DNA of 59,061 nt from a virus (Duplodnaviria; Caudoviricetes): positions 1 to 59,061 of IMG/VR virus record IMGVR_UViG_3300045284_000289, one strand, 5' to 3'. Below are positions 1-8,260 of this stretch, piece after piece. The translations under genes and the position numbers were made by a program. Under the pieces are notes generated by a model. It was not told where the DNA came from and did no database searches. It saw nothing but the letters and a program-made list of their open reading frames with translations. The stretch's first letter is position 1. Each line of letters opens with the position of its first letter.

Positions 1-1
1 T

Positions 2-178
2 TGGGACACCCACCACCAACCGCCCACCCCCACACCGCCCCCCTACAAACCCGCACACCAACTCCCCCTCATGGCCCCCGTCGCCGACGAGAAACGCGCC
101 TACCTAGCCGCCAACTGGCGAGACCTCACCACCACCGACACCACCACCGACAACATCAGCCACGCCGAAGGCGCCTAA
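2..178 (+). CDS. 3' end of a gene running in from the window edge, probably the C-terminus of the replication initiator that starts at 58418
   Basis: Open frame WDTHHQPPTPTPPPYKPAH...ISHAEGA* ending TAA 176-178. Pro-rich and C-rich like the truncated ORF at the right end; the join is inferred. Confidence 0.5.
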   Translation, partial: WDTHHQPPTPTPPPYKPAHQLPLMAPVADEKRAYLAANWRDLTTTDTTTDNISHAEGA

Positions 179-182
179 CCAC

Positions 183-239
183 GTCACACCACCACCCGGC
201 GTGACACCCCTCCATGTCACACCGCCAAACGATGTGACA
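183..239. promoter_or_regulatory. Tandem inverted-repeat operator pair GTCAC-N13-GTGAC
   Basis: GTCAC 183-187/GTGAC 201-205 and GTCAC 216-220/GTGAC 234-238, identical spacing and 33 bp apart, upstream of gene 315. Confidence 0.5.
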
Positions 240-314
240 GCGCGCCCGTTCCGACCCTTCTTCTCCCCCGCGTTTTGTTGATGCATCAACGATTTTGTGA
301 AGAAAGGCCAGGTC

Positions 315-1058
315 ATGGACATTGAGTTCCGCGGCACGAAGAGCGAGTCCGCCACGCTCTGGACGCATTTGGACAAGCTCGGCTACGTCCTGGACGACTG
401 GCGTGGCCGGAGCGACTGTGACTGCGCCACGTTCACCCAGCAGGGCGTGCACTTCCACGCGGTGGTGGCGGTCACGGCGCCCGCCCCGGCGGCCCCAGCA
501 CCGGGGCCGGGGTCGCTGGTGGAGGACATCGCGGACCGGGTGGCGCGGGCCACGGGTGTGCGGGTGGACGTGCATCACGCCGGCCAGCACGCGACCGGGG
601 AACCCCCGGTCGAGGCGTGGCGGGAGAACCCGGTGTGGCGTGCCCTGGCTCAAGGCCCGGACGGGGCGTACGTCATGGTCGAGACCACCGACGGGCGGCG
701 GGTCACGCTGGCCCAAGTCGAGTTCGACACGCTCACCGCGACCGGGGTGGACCCGGCGAGTCTGACCCGTGACGGGCTGCTGGTCGCGCTCACGCTCATG
801 TGGCGGTCGCTCGGAGACACCGAGCCGCCACCGTCGCCACCGGCGTGGTTCACCACCACGGTCAAGGTCGCTCCCCGTGACGTCCACCCCACTGATCCCG
901 ACGTGACGGTGGTCCTGGCGGACAGGGCCCGGGCCACGCTCACGGCCAGCCAGTGGGCCACGCTGCACATCGCCGGGGTGAACCCGCCGTCGCTGACGGC
1001 GGCCGAGCTGGCCGACGCGCTTGGCGTGAGCGGCCCCGACGTGGTGGGGGGTCGGTGA
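315..1058 (+). CDS. Hypothetical phage protein
   Basis: Long ORF with GAAAGG RBS before ATG 315; internal repeat (TGVDPASLT / AGVNPPSLT). Confidence 0.7.
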   Translation: MDIEFRGTKSESATLWTHLDKLGYVLDDWRGRSDCDCATFTQQGVHFHAVVAVTAPAPAAPAPGPGSLVEDIADRVARATGVRVDVHHAGQHATGEPPVEAWRENPVWRALAQGPDGAYVMVETTDGRRVTLAQVEFDTLTATGVDPASLTRDGLLVALTLMWRSLGDTEPPPSPPAWFTTTVKVAPRDVHPTDPDVTVVLADRARATLTASQWATLHIAGVNPPSLTAAELADALGVSGPDVVGGR

Positions 1059-1237
1059 CCGTGGACGTGTGCCAGCAGGCGGCGGCGGTCGAACTGCCGG
1101 GGTGGGTGCCGTGGCTGCTGTGGGGTGGGTTGACGGTGCTGCTGGTGGCGTTGCTGGTGCTGATCGGGTTGGCGGTGGTGTCGTGGGTGAGGGTGCGTCA
1201 GGGCCGCCGGGCGCGCGCGCGTCGGGGGCGGATGTGA
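1055..1237 (+). CDS. Small single-TM membrane protein
   Basis: GTGA overlap with the upstream gene; hydrophobic stretch followed by an Arg-rich tail. Confidence 0.55.
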   Translation: MTVDVCQQAAAVELPGWVPWLLWGGLTVLLVALLVLIGLAVVSWVRVRQGRRARARRGRM

Positions 1238-1434
1238 TGTGGTCGCTGGTGGTGTCCGTGGTGTCGCTGGTGGTGGCATGGGTGTTCTCGGCCGTGGTGG
1301 TGCTGGCCGTGCTGTGGTCGGTGGTCGCCGTACGGGCCCGGGTCCGCCGTCGACGGTGGTGGCGTGCCCACCACAGGATCCCGATTCCGACCCCCCAGGA
1401 CAGCCGTGGACGGCCTAACAGCCCCCGACGGTAG
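1237..1434 (+). CDS. Small membrane protein
   Basis: TGATG coupling; MWSLVVSVVSLVVAWVFS... hydrophobic, then Arg-rich. Confidence 0.55.
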   Translation: MWSLVVSVVSLVVAWVFSAVVVLAVLWSVVAVRARVRRRRWWRAHHRIPIPTPQDSRGRPNSPRR

Positions 1435-1448
1435 GGACGGAAGGCCTC

Positions 1449-1610
1449 ATGCTTGTACGGCCCGTTGTGGTGCGTCTCCCGGCGCGGCTGGCGGAGGACC
1501 TGGAAACCGTCGCGTGGGTCGAGCGTCGCTACCAGGCCGACATCGTGCGTGACGCGCTCGCCGCCTACTGCGCCCGCCGTGGCCAGCAGCCCCCGCGTGT
1601 GGCATCGTGA
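1449..1610 (+). CDS. Ribbon-helix-helix (CopG/Arc-like) DNA-binding protein, 53 aa, not in the ORF track
   Basis: Manual translation MLVRPVVVRLPARLAEDLETVAWVERRYQADIVRDALAAYCARR...; beta-strand then two helices; GGAAGG RBS. Confidence 0.7.
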   Translation: MLVRPVVVRLPARLAEDLETVAWVERRYQADIVRDALAAYCARRGQQPPRVAS

Positions 1611-1619
1611 AGGGGCCTT

Positions 1620-2667
1620 TTCAGGGGCAGCCGCCGCGTGCCCCGCCACCGACCCGTCCGGGCTGTACCGGGGCACGCGGCACCTCACCGCACGCTCCCC
1701 GGCGCCGCGGGGTAGTCGTGGCCCGTTTGCCCATCCGGTTGTCGGGCCCCGACGACCAGTGCCCCACCCGGATTGGGATCGGGTGGGGCACTGGATTAAT
1801 CCGATGGCCGCACGGCCCCCCGGTCCGGTACCGTCTCTCCTGGTCGCGGGGGCGGGACGACTATCCGGGGTGCACAACCGGATCCCGCCCCCGCTTCCAC
1901 ATCCCCGGCCCGGTAGCATTCACGTTCGTGGGCGGGGACTCATCTTGGGTTCGGGTCCCTCCCCACACCAGGCCCGGCACGAGCCGCAATCTCGGCCGCC
2001 AGCCATCGAAGGATTACGAAGCGCCTACTCGTTTACTTGGCTGAGAGCCTGTCAGCGGTGAGACGCGAGGGGGCTTCTGCGGGGACCTCGATCCCGCAGA
2101 AGCCCCCCACTTTTTCGGTCAGCCCCGTCAGGCGCGCGCCACTCCCTACCGTCCACAGTGAACAGTCCATAACAGACACACGACCTGCGGGATGACCGTG
2201 TCCGGCCACACCACACCCCCCAGAACCGCCCCCACCAGACGCGGTAACCTGACCGCCGAGACCGGCGTAAACACAACCGGCCACCGGCGTGAGATCCCGG
2301 CTGGTCGGCGTGAAGGGCAGCCATGACGCGGTGGTTGAGCAGAGCTGACTCCTGACGCCGGTCTCCTCCTGGGAACGCTGCTGGCCCGACACCGCCTCGC
2401 GCCCGGCCCGGGCCAGCAGCGTCACCAGGGTTGCCACCCACGCGCCCCGTCCGGCACGCTGCACCCGGCGGCCCGTCGCTCACACGGCCCTCGGGACACC
2501 CCCACCGGGGCCACCCCGCATATGCGACACTGACCACGGTGAACGCGGTCAGCGTGAGCAGGATGCGGGGAACGCGGAGAGCCCCCACCCACTACGCCGG
2601 GGTGGGGGCTCTCCGCGTGTACACGGGACGTGCCCGCCGACCGGGGGGGTTTGGCGGGCACGTCCCG
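1620..2667. ncRNA. Candidate structured non-coding region with a dense series of hairpins
   Basis: No convincing ORF. Stems at 1756-1794, 1846-1894, 1928-1966, 2258-2365, 2375-2422, 2572-2618 and 2623-2667. Confidence 0.4.
2069..2115 (+). terminator. Intrinsic terminator
   Basis: GGGGGCTTCTGCGGG...CCCGCAGAAGCCCCC followed by CACTTTTT. Confidence 0.75.
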
Positions 2668-2671
2668 GACC

Positions 2672-2959
2672 CTACGCCGGCATGCCGCCGTGATCCTCGA
2701 AACAGGCACACGCCTCCTCATCGGTGAACACGCACAGCTCGGGCTCCAACACAGGACACCAGAACCCATCCGGTGGGGACGTGAGCATCCAGTCCTGCGA
2801 CACGTACCAGCCGGCCGCGGTGGCCGCGTCGACGGCGGTACGGCGGGTGACCCCGGACCAGATGAGGGTCGTTCGGCCCTCGCTGTCCAGTAGCTGCGCG
2901 GACTTGTTCGACAGGTCCACCACCAACCGGGGCCCGGTGATCAGATCGGGGATGGTCAC
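2672..2959 (-). CDS. Hypothetical protein
   Basis: ORF-track frame; likely GTG start at VTIPDL; followed by hairpin 2623-2667. Confidence 0.6.
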   Translation of the reverse strand: MTIPDLITGPRLVVDLSNKSAQLLDSEGRTTLIWSGVTRRTAVDAATAAGWYVSQDWMLTSPPDGFWCPVLEPELCVFTDEEACACFEDHGGMPA

Positions 2960-3095
2960 TTGCGTCGCCCCCGCATCCAATCCCGCGCCATCACCAACAC
3001 GATCCCCACCAACGCGACCGCGGCCACCACACCCACGACCCACACGACCGTGTACGCCCACCCGGGCATGACCCCAGGGTCGAACGGTGACGGGT

Positions 3096-3314
3096 TCACT
3101 CGCCGTCACCGCGGCCATGCAGTTCGATATACCGGTCGACGCGGTGGCGGTGGCTGGTGGCCTGGATGTGCACGGCCGCCCATTCGTCGCGTTCGATCTC
3201 CGCGTCGAACGGGAGGGGAAGGTCGCGGGCGCAGTCGCGGCAGGCGGCCATGTAGAAGGTGTCGGTGATGGTGGTGAGTGGAATGATGATGCGGACGGGG
3301 CGCACGGCCTTCAC
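3096..3314 (-). CDS. Small CxxC...H...H Zn-binding protein
   Basis: MAACRDC...FDAEIERDEWAAVHIQATSH; resembles 55781-56260. Confidence 0.65.
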   Translation of the reverse strand: MKAVRPVRIIIPLTTITDTFYMAACRDCARDLPLPFDAEIERDEWAAVHIQATSHRHRVDRYIELHGRGDGE

Positions 3315-3595
3315 AGCTTGTCACCCCCACCGTCGGCGGGGCGGTCACCCAGGGCGGCGTGGACAGCCTCGGGTGGCACACGCAGCCGGGCCATCACCCG
3401 CGGAATGTTGCCGCGCCGGTAGTCCGGGCGGGTGATCTCCACCTCGTGGGTGCCGCCACTGAACATGTGCGCGTTCAGCCGCCACGCCGTGCCACGGAAC
3501 TTCCGCATGAGCGTGCCCATGTCGCGGAACCGGAACGTGTTGTCAGGCCGCTCGGCCTCATACGCCTGGTACATCAGTTCTTCCCTTGAGGGCAC
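3311..3595 (-). CDS. Hypothetical protein, paralog of 4322-4564
   Basis: TFRFRDMGTLMRKF vs IYRFRDIDALARRI. Confidence 0.6.
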   Translation of the reverse strand: MPSREELMYQAYEAERPDNTFRFRDMGTLMRKFRGTAWRLNAHMFSGGTHEVEITRPDYRRGNIPRVMARLRVPPEAVHAALGDRPADGGGDKL

Positions 3596-3699
3596 CAGTC
3601 GGGGTGCTGGTCACTGCTGCCAACACAGGTGCTGCACGTATCCGAGTCGGTCATGCTCGTCATCCTCATTTCTCGTCGGAAAAGGAGAAGCCTCACGGC

Positions 3700-3936
3700 T
3701 CACGCGTTCAGGTGGAGCAGCCCACCCCACCCGTCATCCGGGTCACGGCGTGCCGCGTGATCCTTCGCGTGTTGGGCGCGGGTGAGCATCAACACCGCCG
3801 CGCGCGGCACCTGGTCCACATCGGACGCGGTGCCGCTCTCCGCGTCGACCATCACAACCCCGCTGTCACCGTCATCGAGCGTCACGTAGACGGCCTGCGC
3901 GCCGGGGGTGTCGTCGTAGTACACAACCATGTCCAT
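3700..3936 (-). CDS. Hypothetical protein, paralog of 5634-5801
   Basis: MDMVVYYDDTPGAQAVYVTLDDG vs MDITVYRDFTPGQEAVYVVFDDG; AGGAAGG RBS. Confidence 0.7.
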   Translation of the reverse strand: MDMVVYYDDTPGAQAVYVTLDDGDSGVVMVDAESGTASDVDQVPRAAVLMLTRAQHAKDHAARRDPDDGWGGLLHLNA

Positions 3937-3953
3937 GTTCTGTCACCTTCCTG

Positions 3954-4250
3954 TCACGTCAGCGGCGTGTCACACACGTCGCACGTATGGGTCACCAGCA
4001 CCCCATGTGGACACAACGGCAGCAGGTAGGACGAGACCAGCTCCACACACTGGTCCAGCTTCTCCCCAGCGATCGTGAGCCCGGACGCGAGACCATGCGT
4101 GTGGACGGCCCGTTCCCGCGCCACCATCCGACCAGCGCGGCCCGCGGCGGCCCGCGCGTTGTCCTGGAACGCCCCGGCCAGGGCGGTGAACTCGAACAGG
4201 ACCCGGCGCATGGTCGCCCGGTCGTAGTCGGTGAAACGGGGTAGGGACAC
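3954..4250 (-). CDS. Hypothetical protein with C-terminal CPHG...CxxC Zn motif
   Basis: ORF track; GAAAGG RBS. Confidence 0.65.
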   Translation of the reverse strand: MSLPRFTDYDRATMRRVLFEFTALAGAFQDNARAAAGRAGRMVARERAVHTHGLASGLTIAGEKLDQCVELVSSYLLPLCPHGVLVTHTCDVCDTPLT

Positions 4251-4321
4251 GACGCTGCCTTTCTGTCACGATGGAAACCCCGGCCCTGCCCCGTCTACAG
4301 AACGGGACAGGGCCGGGGTGG

Positions 4322-4564
4322 TCACTCGGGCTGGTCCCGGATCGACTCGACCGGTACGAGCACCGTGGCCACGATGTCGTCGCCGCCGGCGAGTTTGTTG
4401 CGGCGCAGCACCTGCACTTTCCGGCGGGCCGGGGACGACCCGTCGTGGACTTCCTGCCACGTCGCGCGGCGGCCGCCGATCCTGCGGGCCAACGCGTCGA
4501 TGTCGCGGAACCGGTAGATCTCGCCGTCGTGGCCGATCTCTTCGGCCGTGTGCAGGGCGGTCAC
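4322..4564 (-). CDS. Hypothetical protein
   Basis: GTGA coupling to 4561-4785; similar to 3311-3595; followed by hairpin 4277-4319. Confidence 0.6.
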   Translation of the reverse strand: MTALHTAEEIGHDGEIYRFRDIDALARRIGGRRATWQEVHDGSSPARRKVQVLRRNKLAGGDDIVATVLVPVESIRDQPE

Positions 4565-4785
4565 TGGCGCACACCGCCTTTCGTGATGTGGTCCTGCACT
4601 GCCTGGCCCAGCTTGTGGGACAGGGTGTCTGCCGCGTTCGGGCCCAGCTCGGCGTTGACCACGGACCACAGTTTCTGGGACAGGGTGTCCTGTGCCGCGT
4701 CGTAGGGTTCCTGCCCGGCTGGGTACCACTGGAACGCTCGGGTTTGGTAGTCGGTGACCTGGACGGTCTGTCTCGGTGTGCTCAC
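4561..4785 (-). CDS. Hypothetical protein
   Basis: AGGAGG RBS; operon coupling. Confidence 0.65.
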   Translation of the reverse strand: MSTPRQTVQVTDYQTRAFQWYPAGQEPYDAAQDTLSQKLWSVVNAELGPNAADTLSHKLGQAVQDHITKGGVRQ

Positions 4786-4828
4786 TGGTCCTCCTGGGGC
4801 GGGATGGTGGCGGCTGGGGGTGTGCTGG

Positions 4829-5263
4829 TTACGTGAGGCGCAACACGTCCTTGATCTTGTTCAGCTCGGCTTCCGCGGTGAGCGCGCGTTCCCGCCATTC
4901 CTCGCTGGTGTCGAACGCCTGTCCGAACTCGGCCAACGTCATGTCCCCCAGGGGTTCGATGACCTGTACGAGTGCTTTGATGACCTGGCCGACGGTGATG
5001 GTGTGATCCCCGGTGGTGGGCTGGGGTGCCTCGTTCGGCTGGCCGCCGGTGGTGTCGTCGGTGGTGTCGTCGTCGGCTGCTCGGTGGCGCGAGACGTGCT
5101 TTGAGATACCGGCCGGGGTCGCGGACGTCGCGTCGCACCGCGTGCACCCGTAGATGGTGCTGCCGTCGGACATGGTGATCTGTTCGACGTCCAGGTGGGC
5201 GTCGTACTTCCACGGGCCTTCGATGGGGGTGCGGGACACGGCCTTCAGTTTTGGTTTGGACAT
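4829..5263 (-). CDS. C2H2 zinc-finger plus coiled-coil protein
   Basis: YGCTRCDATSATPAGISKHVSRH; C-terminal ERALTAEAELNKIKDVL. Confidence 0.7.
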   Translation of the reverse strand: MSKPKLKAVSRTPIEGPWKYDAHLDVEQITMSDGSTIYGCTRCDATSATPAGISKHVSRHRAADDDTTDDTTGGQPNEAPQPTTGDHTITVGQVIKALVQVIEPLGDMTLAEFGQAFDTSEEWRERALTAEAELNKIKDVLRLT

Positions 5264-5322
5264 TGCGTGGGTCTCCACTTCTAGGTTCGAGCGGCTTACC
5301 GGGTGACCAGGGACGTTCGGGC

Positions 5323-5604
5323 TCACCAGTAGTTGTCCTCCCACATACTGCCGTGGTCCTCATCCTCATCGGGGCCACCGCCGGTGGCTTCGAGGTACTC
5401 GACCAGGCCCATGCTCTGCGCGCCGGCCTGGTCGGTGAGGTACTCGAACACGGTCAGGCCGGCAACGTCGACGTCAGGGTCGTCGACCAGGGTGGCTGCG
5501 GGCGCGTCCCAGGGGTAGGTCTCGCCCTGGTCGATGTAGCCGGCGCCGGGCAGCCCAAGCGCAACCGCCTGGTCCGTGCCGGTGGGGGTGGGCGGGATGG
5601 TCAT
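5323..5604 (-). CDS. Acidic hypothetical protein
   Basis: GGAG RBS before MTIPPTP. Confidence 0.55.
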   Translation of the reverse strand: MTIPPTPTGTDQAVALGLPGAGYIDQGETYPWDAPAATLVDDPDVDVAGLTVFEYLTDQAGAQSMGLVEYLEATGGGPDEDEDHGSMWEDNYW

Positions 5605-5633
5605 GGTTGCTCCGTTTGGGTGGGTGCTGTTGA

Positions 5634-5801
5634 TCACGGGTTGTCGACGGCCACCAGCAGCCGGGCCGCTGTGGGTACCGAGTCGCAGGGTTCGGCCACG
5701 CCGCCGTCTTGGACCATAAGGATCCCGGCTTCGCCGTCGTCGAACACGACGTACACCGCTTCCTGACCGGGGGTGAAGTCGCGGTACACGGTGATGTCCA
5801 T
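5634..5801 (-). CDS. Hypothetical protein, paralog of 3700-3936
   Basis: AGGAAGG RBS; sequence similarity. Confidence 0.65.
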   Translation of the reverse strand: MDITVYRDFTPGQEAVYVVFDDGEAGILMVQDGGVAEPCDSVPTAARLLVAVDNP

Positions 5802-5871
5802 GGTGTGCCTTCCTGGTGGTGGTGAGCGTCCTTGGCGCCGGCCCGCACGCGGCGGGCCGCACCAGAGGCGT

Positions 5872-6672
5872 TCACCAACCCAGCACGGTCGCCACAGCCG
5901 AGTGCAGCAGCTCCTGCGCGGACACGTCCAACGCCCGGTCAGCCAACTGCGCGAACCGGTACGGACGCGGGTTGTTGACCTCCCACTGGGGCCGGTCGCT
6001 GTACAGGTTGGAGTCCATGTCGTCGACATCCTGGCCGTCCATGCCGTCGGCGTGGATGAGGGTGGCCAGGTGCCGGATGGCGAGCTTGTAGGACTTGAGG
6101 TGGGGGCGGTCGGTGTCCTCCTCCAGCGCGGCGGTGTGTAGGACGCCACGGATGGTGTCGGCGGTGATGTCCAGCGCGGCGACCACGATGGGCAGGGTGG
6201 GGCGGTCGAGGAGCCGTCCGAGGGTGCAGGCGCCGGTGTGGGTGAGGAACGCGTCGCGTTCGTGGCCGTGGCGGATGGCGCGGCGGTGCAACTCGTTCAG
6301 CATGGCCGTGCGGGAGACCAGGAACGAGTCGTGGCGGCCGTGGTCGACACGGACCCCGAGGAAGCCGTCGCTGCTGGCCAGGTAGTCGACCCGTTCTTCC
6401 TCGAGGAGGAGGGCGCGGCGGTGGAGCTCGTTGCGGAGGGCGGCGGTGGTGACGACGGTGTGGGTGGAGAGGTATCCGGTGGGGTTGTGGAGGATGAGTC
6501 CGAGGAGGGTGTCGTCTTGGGTGAGGAGGGTGGTGCGGTGGTGGTCGAGTTCGAGGGCGCGGGTGTGGAGTTCGTCGGTGGCGTGTTGGCGGGTGGTGGG
6601 GTCGGTGTTGTAGGTGATGGCCAGGGAGAGTTCGTCGAGGGTGAGGGTGGTGTAGTCGGTGGTGGTGGTCAA
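5872..6672 (-). CDS. Helical-repeat protein (xELHRRA repeats), paralog of 57044-57595
   Basis: DELHTRA / NELHRRA / NELHRRA repeats; AAGGAG RBS. Confidence 0.7.
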   Translation of the reverse strand: MTTTTDYTTLTLDELSLAITYNTDPTTRQHATDELHTRALELDHHRTTLLTQDDTLLGLILHNPTGYLSTHTVVTTAALRNELHRRALLLEEERVDYLASSDGFLGVRVDHGRHDSFLVSRTAMLNELHRRAIRHGHERDAFLTHTGACTLGRLLDRPTLPIVVAALDITADTIRGVLHTAALEEDTDRPHLKSYKLAIRHLATLIHADGMDGQDVDDMDSNLYSDRPQWEVNNPRPYRFAQLADRALDVSAQELLHSAVATVLGW

Positions 6673-6701
6673 TTGGGGCTCCTTGGTTTGTGGTGTGAAC
6701 G

Positions 6702-6761
6702 AAGTCTAGCACACTGGGGCACGCTGTGCCCCAGTGTGTGGGTTGAGACCACCCGAACGGA
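6702..6761 (-). promoter_or_regulatory. Repeated promoter/operator element, copy 1
   Basis: Minus-strand TGC-TAGACT extended -10; palindrome CACACTGGGGCAC-GCT-GTGCCCCAGTGTG 6710-6738; CACCCGAACGGA. Confidence 0.65.
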
Positions 6762-6815
6762 CCAACAGACGACGGGGCTGGCCACACCCCCATGCGGCCA
6801 GCCCCAGCAGGGGGG

Positions 6816-7079
6816 CTAGCGGGACACCGCGTACAGCTCGTGCTCGCCGACGAACCGGTCAGCAACGCGGGTCCCGTAGGCGAACTCGTGGGACACGAGG
6901 TAGGTGGCCTTGTTACCGACCGTGTTGACGCCGTGGATCTTGCAGACCCATGCGCCCCAGTAGACCTCCTGGCCGATGGCGTACTTGGCGGTGGCCTGGG
7001 GGGTGGGGTGGATGCGGTGGTACTCGTCGACCAGGGCGCGGGCGGCGGTCAGGGCGGCGGGGGTGGTAGTGGGGTTCAT
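6816..7079 (-). CDS. Small beta-barrel-like protein, paralog of 7624-8076
   Basis: AKYAIGQEVYWGAWVCKIH vs AKYTPGQEVYWGARLCTIH. Confidence 0.7.
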   Translation of the reverse strand: MNPTTTPAALTAARALVDEYHRIHPTPQATAKYAIGQEVYWGAWVCKIHGVNTVGNKATYLVSHEFAYGTRVADRFVGEHELYAVSR

Positions 7080-7096
7080 CGTGGTGGCTCCTTCGC

Positions 7097-7156
7097 TTGG
7101 CGTGCCCCAAGCGTACCACGATGGGGCACGGCGGGGCGCAGTGTCACCCGATCGGA
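7097..7156 (-). promoter_or_regulatory. Repeated promoter/operator element, copy 2
   Basis: GTGCCCCA 7102-7109, TGGGGCAC 7122-7129, CACCCGATCGGA 7145-7156; colinear with 9035-9094. Confidence 0.65.
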
Positions 7157-7193
7157 TCAACCCCCAAACCCAGATACGTCATAGTGATCACTC

Positions 7194-7526
7194 GTGAGCG
7201 AACCCCCCAGCGACTACGACCGTGGCGTCATCGCCGGCGCGATCGAGACCAGGCTGGCCGGCCACGACCGGCACTTCGAAGCGATCAACGGATCTCTAGC
7301 CCGGGTGGCGGACGAACTACACGACCTCAAGCTCGCCATGCAACGCCTCGCAGATCAGGCCGTCGCCCGTGATGCGACGGTCATCACCACCGCCGCTGCC
7401 CTGAAGGATGCCGAGGAGGTCCGCCGTCACACCGCTGACCAGAGGTGGTCGCCGTGGCAAAAAGCGTTCGCCGTCATCGCCGCTGTGGGGGTGCTGGTCG
7501 GCTTGTACTTCGCCCTGCGCGGCTGA
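7194..7526 (+). CDS. Coiled-coil protein with C-terminal TM anchor
   Basis: Heptad-rich body and C-terminal hydrophobic helix; lone plus-strand gene in a minus-strand block. Confidence 0.75.
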   Translation: MSEPPSDYDRGVIAGAIETRLAGHDRHFEAINGSLARVADELHDLKLAMQRLADQAVARDATVITTAAALKDAEEVRRHTADQRWSPWQKAFAVIAAVGVLVGLYFALRG

Positions 7527-7568
7527 CCAGGTGCATAGTGGTGACCGGGCGGACACACGCCCCGCACA

Positions 7569-7609
7569 GCGAGAGCCCAGCCCCCGTCCCAAGGGGGCTG
7601 GGCTCTCGC
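7569..7609. terminator. Hairpin between convergent genes, probable bidirectional terminator
   Basis: 17-bp perfect stem GCGAGAGCCCAGCCCCC/GGGGGCTGGGCTCTCGC. Confidence 0.7.
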
Positions 7610-7623
7610 GTCGGGCGGCCTGG

Positions 7624-8076
7624 TCAGCAGAGCGGGCAGGCCGGGTCACCGTCCGGGAAGACGCACTTCTTCGGCGTGCACGGGTGCATGCGCGGCGCCA
7701 CGATCCGGGTGTGGATGCCGTCGGGGCCGGCGGAGATCTCGGTGACGATCCCACGCGGGTTGATCTTCAACGCGAAGGCGTGAAGCTCGTCGATCGTCAT
7801 CGTGTCGCAGGGTCCGAAGGTGGGGTCCTGGCCGCCGGCCGGCAGGTTCGCCGTGGTGGGCGTGCACTCCTGCGCGCGGACAGCGAGTAGCTCGCCCTCA
7901 TGGACGGGCCGGTTCACCACCGCCGTGCCGCCCTCGGACGGCACGGCCACGAGGTAGTACGTGCCCGTGCCGGTGGTGGGGACGATGTCGTGGATGGTGC
8001 AGAGGCGTGCACCCCAGTACACCTCCTGGCCGGGGGTGTACTTCGCGTCCGCGTGGGGAGTGATCGTGGTGGTCAT
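7624..8076 (-). CDS. Hypothetical protein with C-terminal Cys cluster
   Basis: Paralog of 6816-7079; ends CTPKKC...CPLC. Confidence 0.7.
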   Translation of the reverse strand: MTTTITPHADAKYTPGQEVYWGARLCTIHDIVPTTGTGTYYLVAVPSEGGTAVVNRPVHEGELLAVRAQECTPTTANLPAGGQDPTFGPCDTMTIDELHAFALKINPRGIVTEISAGPDGIHTRIVAPRMHPCTPKKCVFPDGDPACPLC

Positions 8077-8260
8077 GGGATGACTGCTCCGATACTTAGT
8101 TGGGGGTCGCAACTGATCTAGTGGGGCTGGGTGGCAGGTCAGAAGTCGTTGTCTACCTCGAACGCCGTCTGTAGTCCCAAGCCATATTCATCGGCGTGCG
8201 GCATGCCCGGCCACGGGTCGCGGCCCTCGCGGTGCCGCTGATCTTGAAAGGACGACGGGG

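Noticed and set aside
156-1919. 587-aa minus-strand ORF, and similar long antisense ORFs such as 13815-15245, 20286-21605 and 38511-39848
   Set aside because: Shadow frames of high-GC coding DNA; low-complexity Arg/Pro/Gly translations with no motifs
2258-2365. Hammerhead ribozyme or c-di-GMP riboswitch
   Set aside because: Core CUGANGA/GAAA or GEMM consensus residues were not found on either strand
8139-8260. Short minus-strand frame ending ...AFEVDNDF
   Set aside because: No RBS and only 21 codons from the ATG; possibly a gene remnant but unsupported
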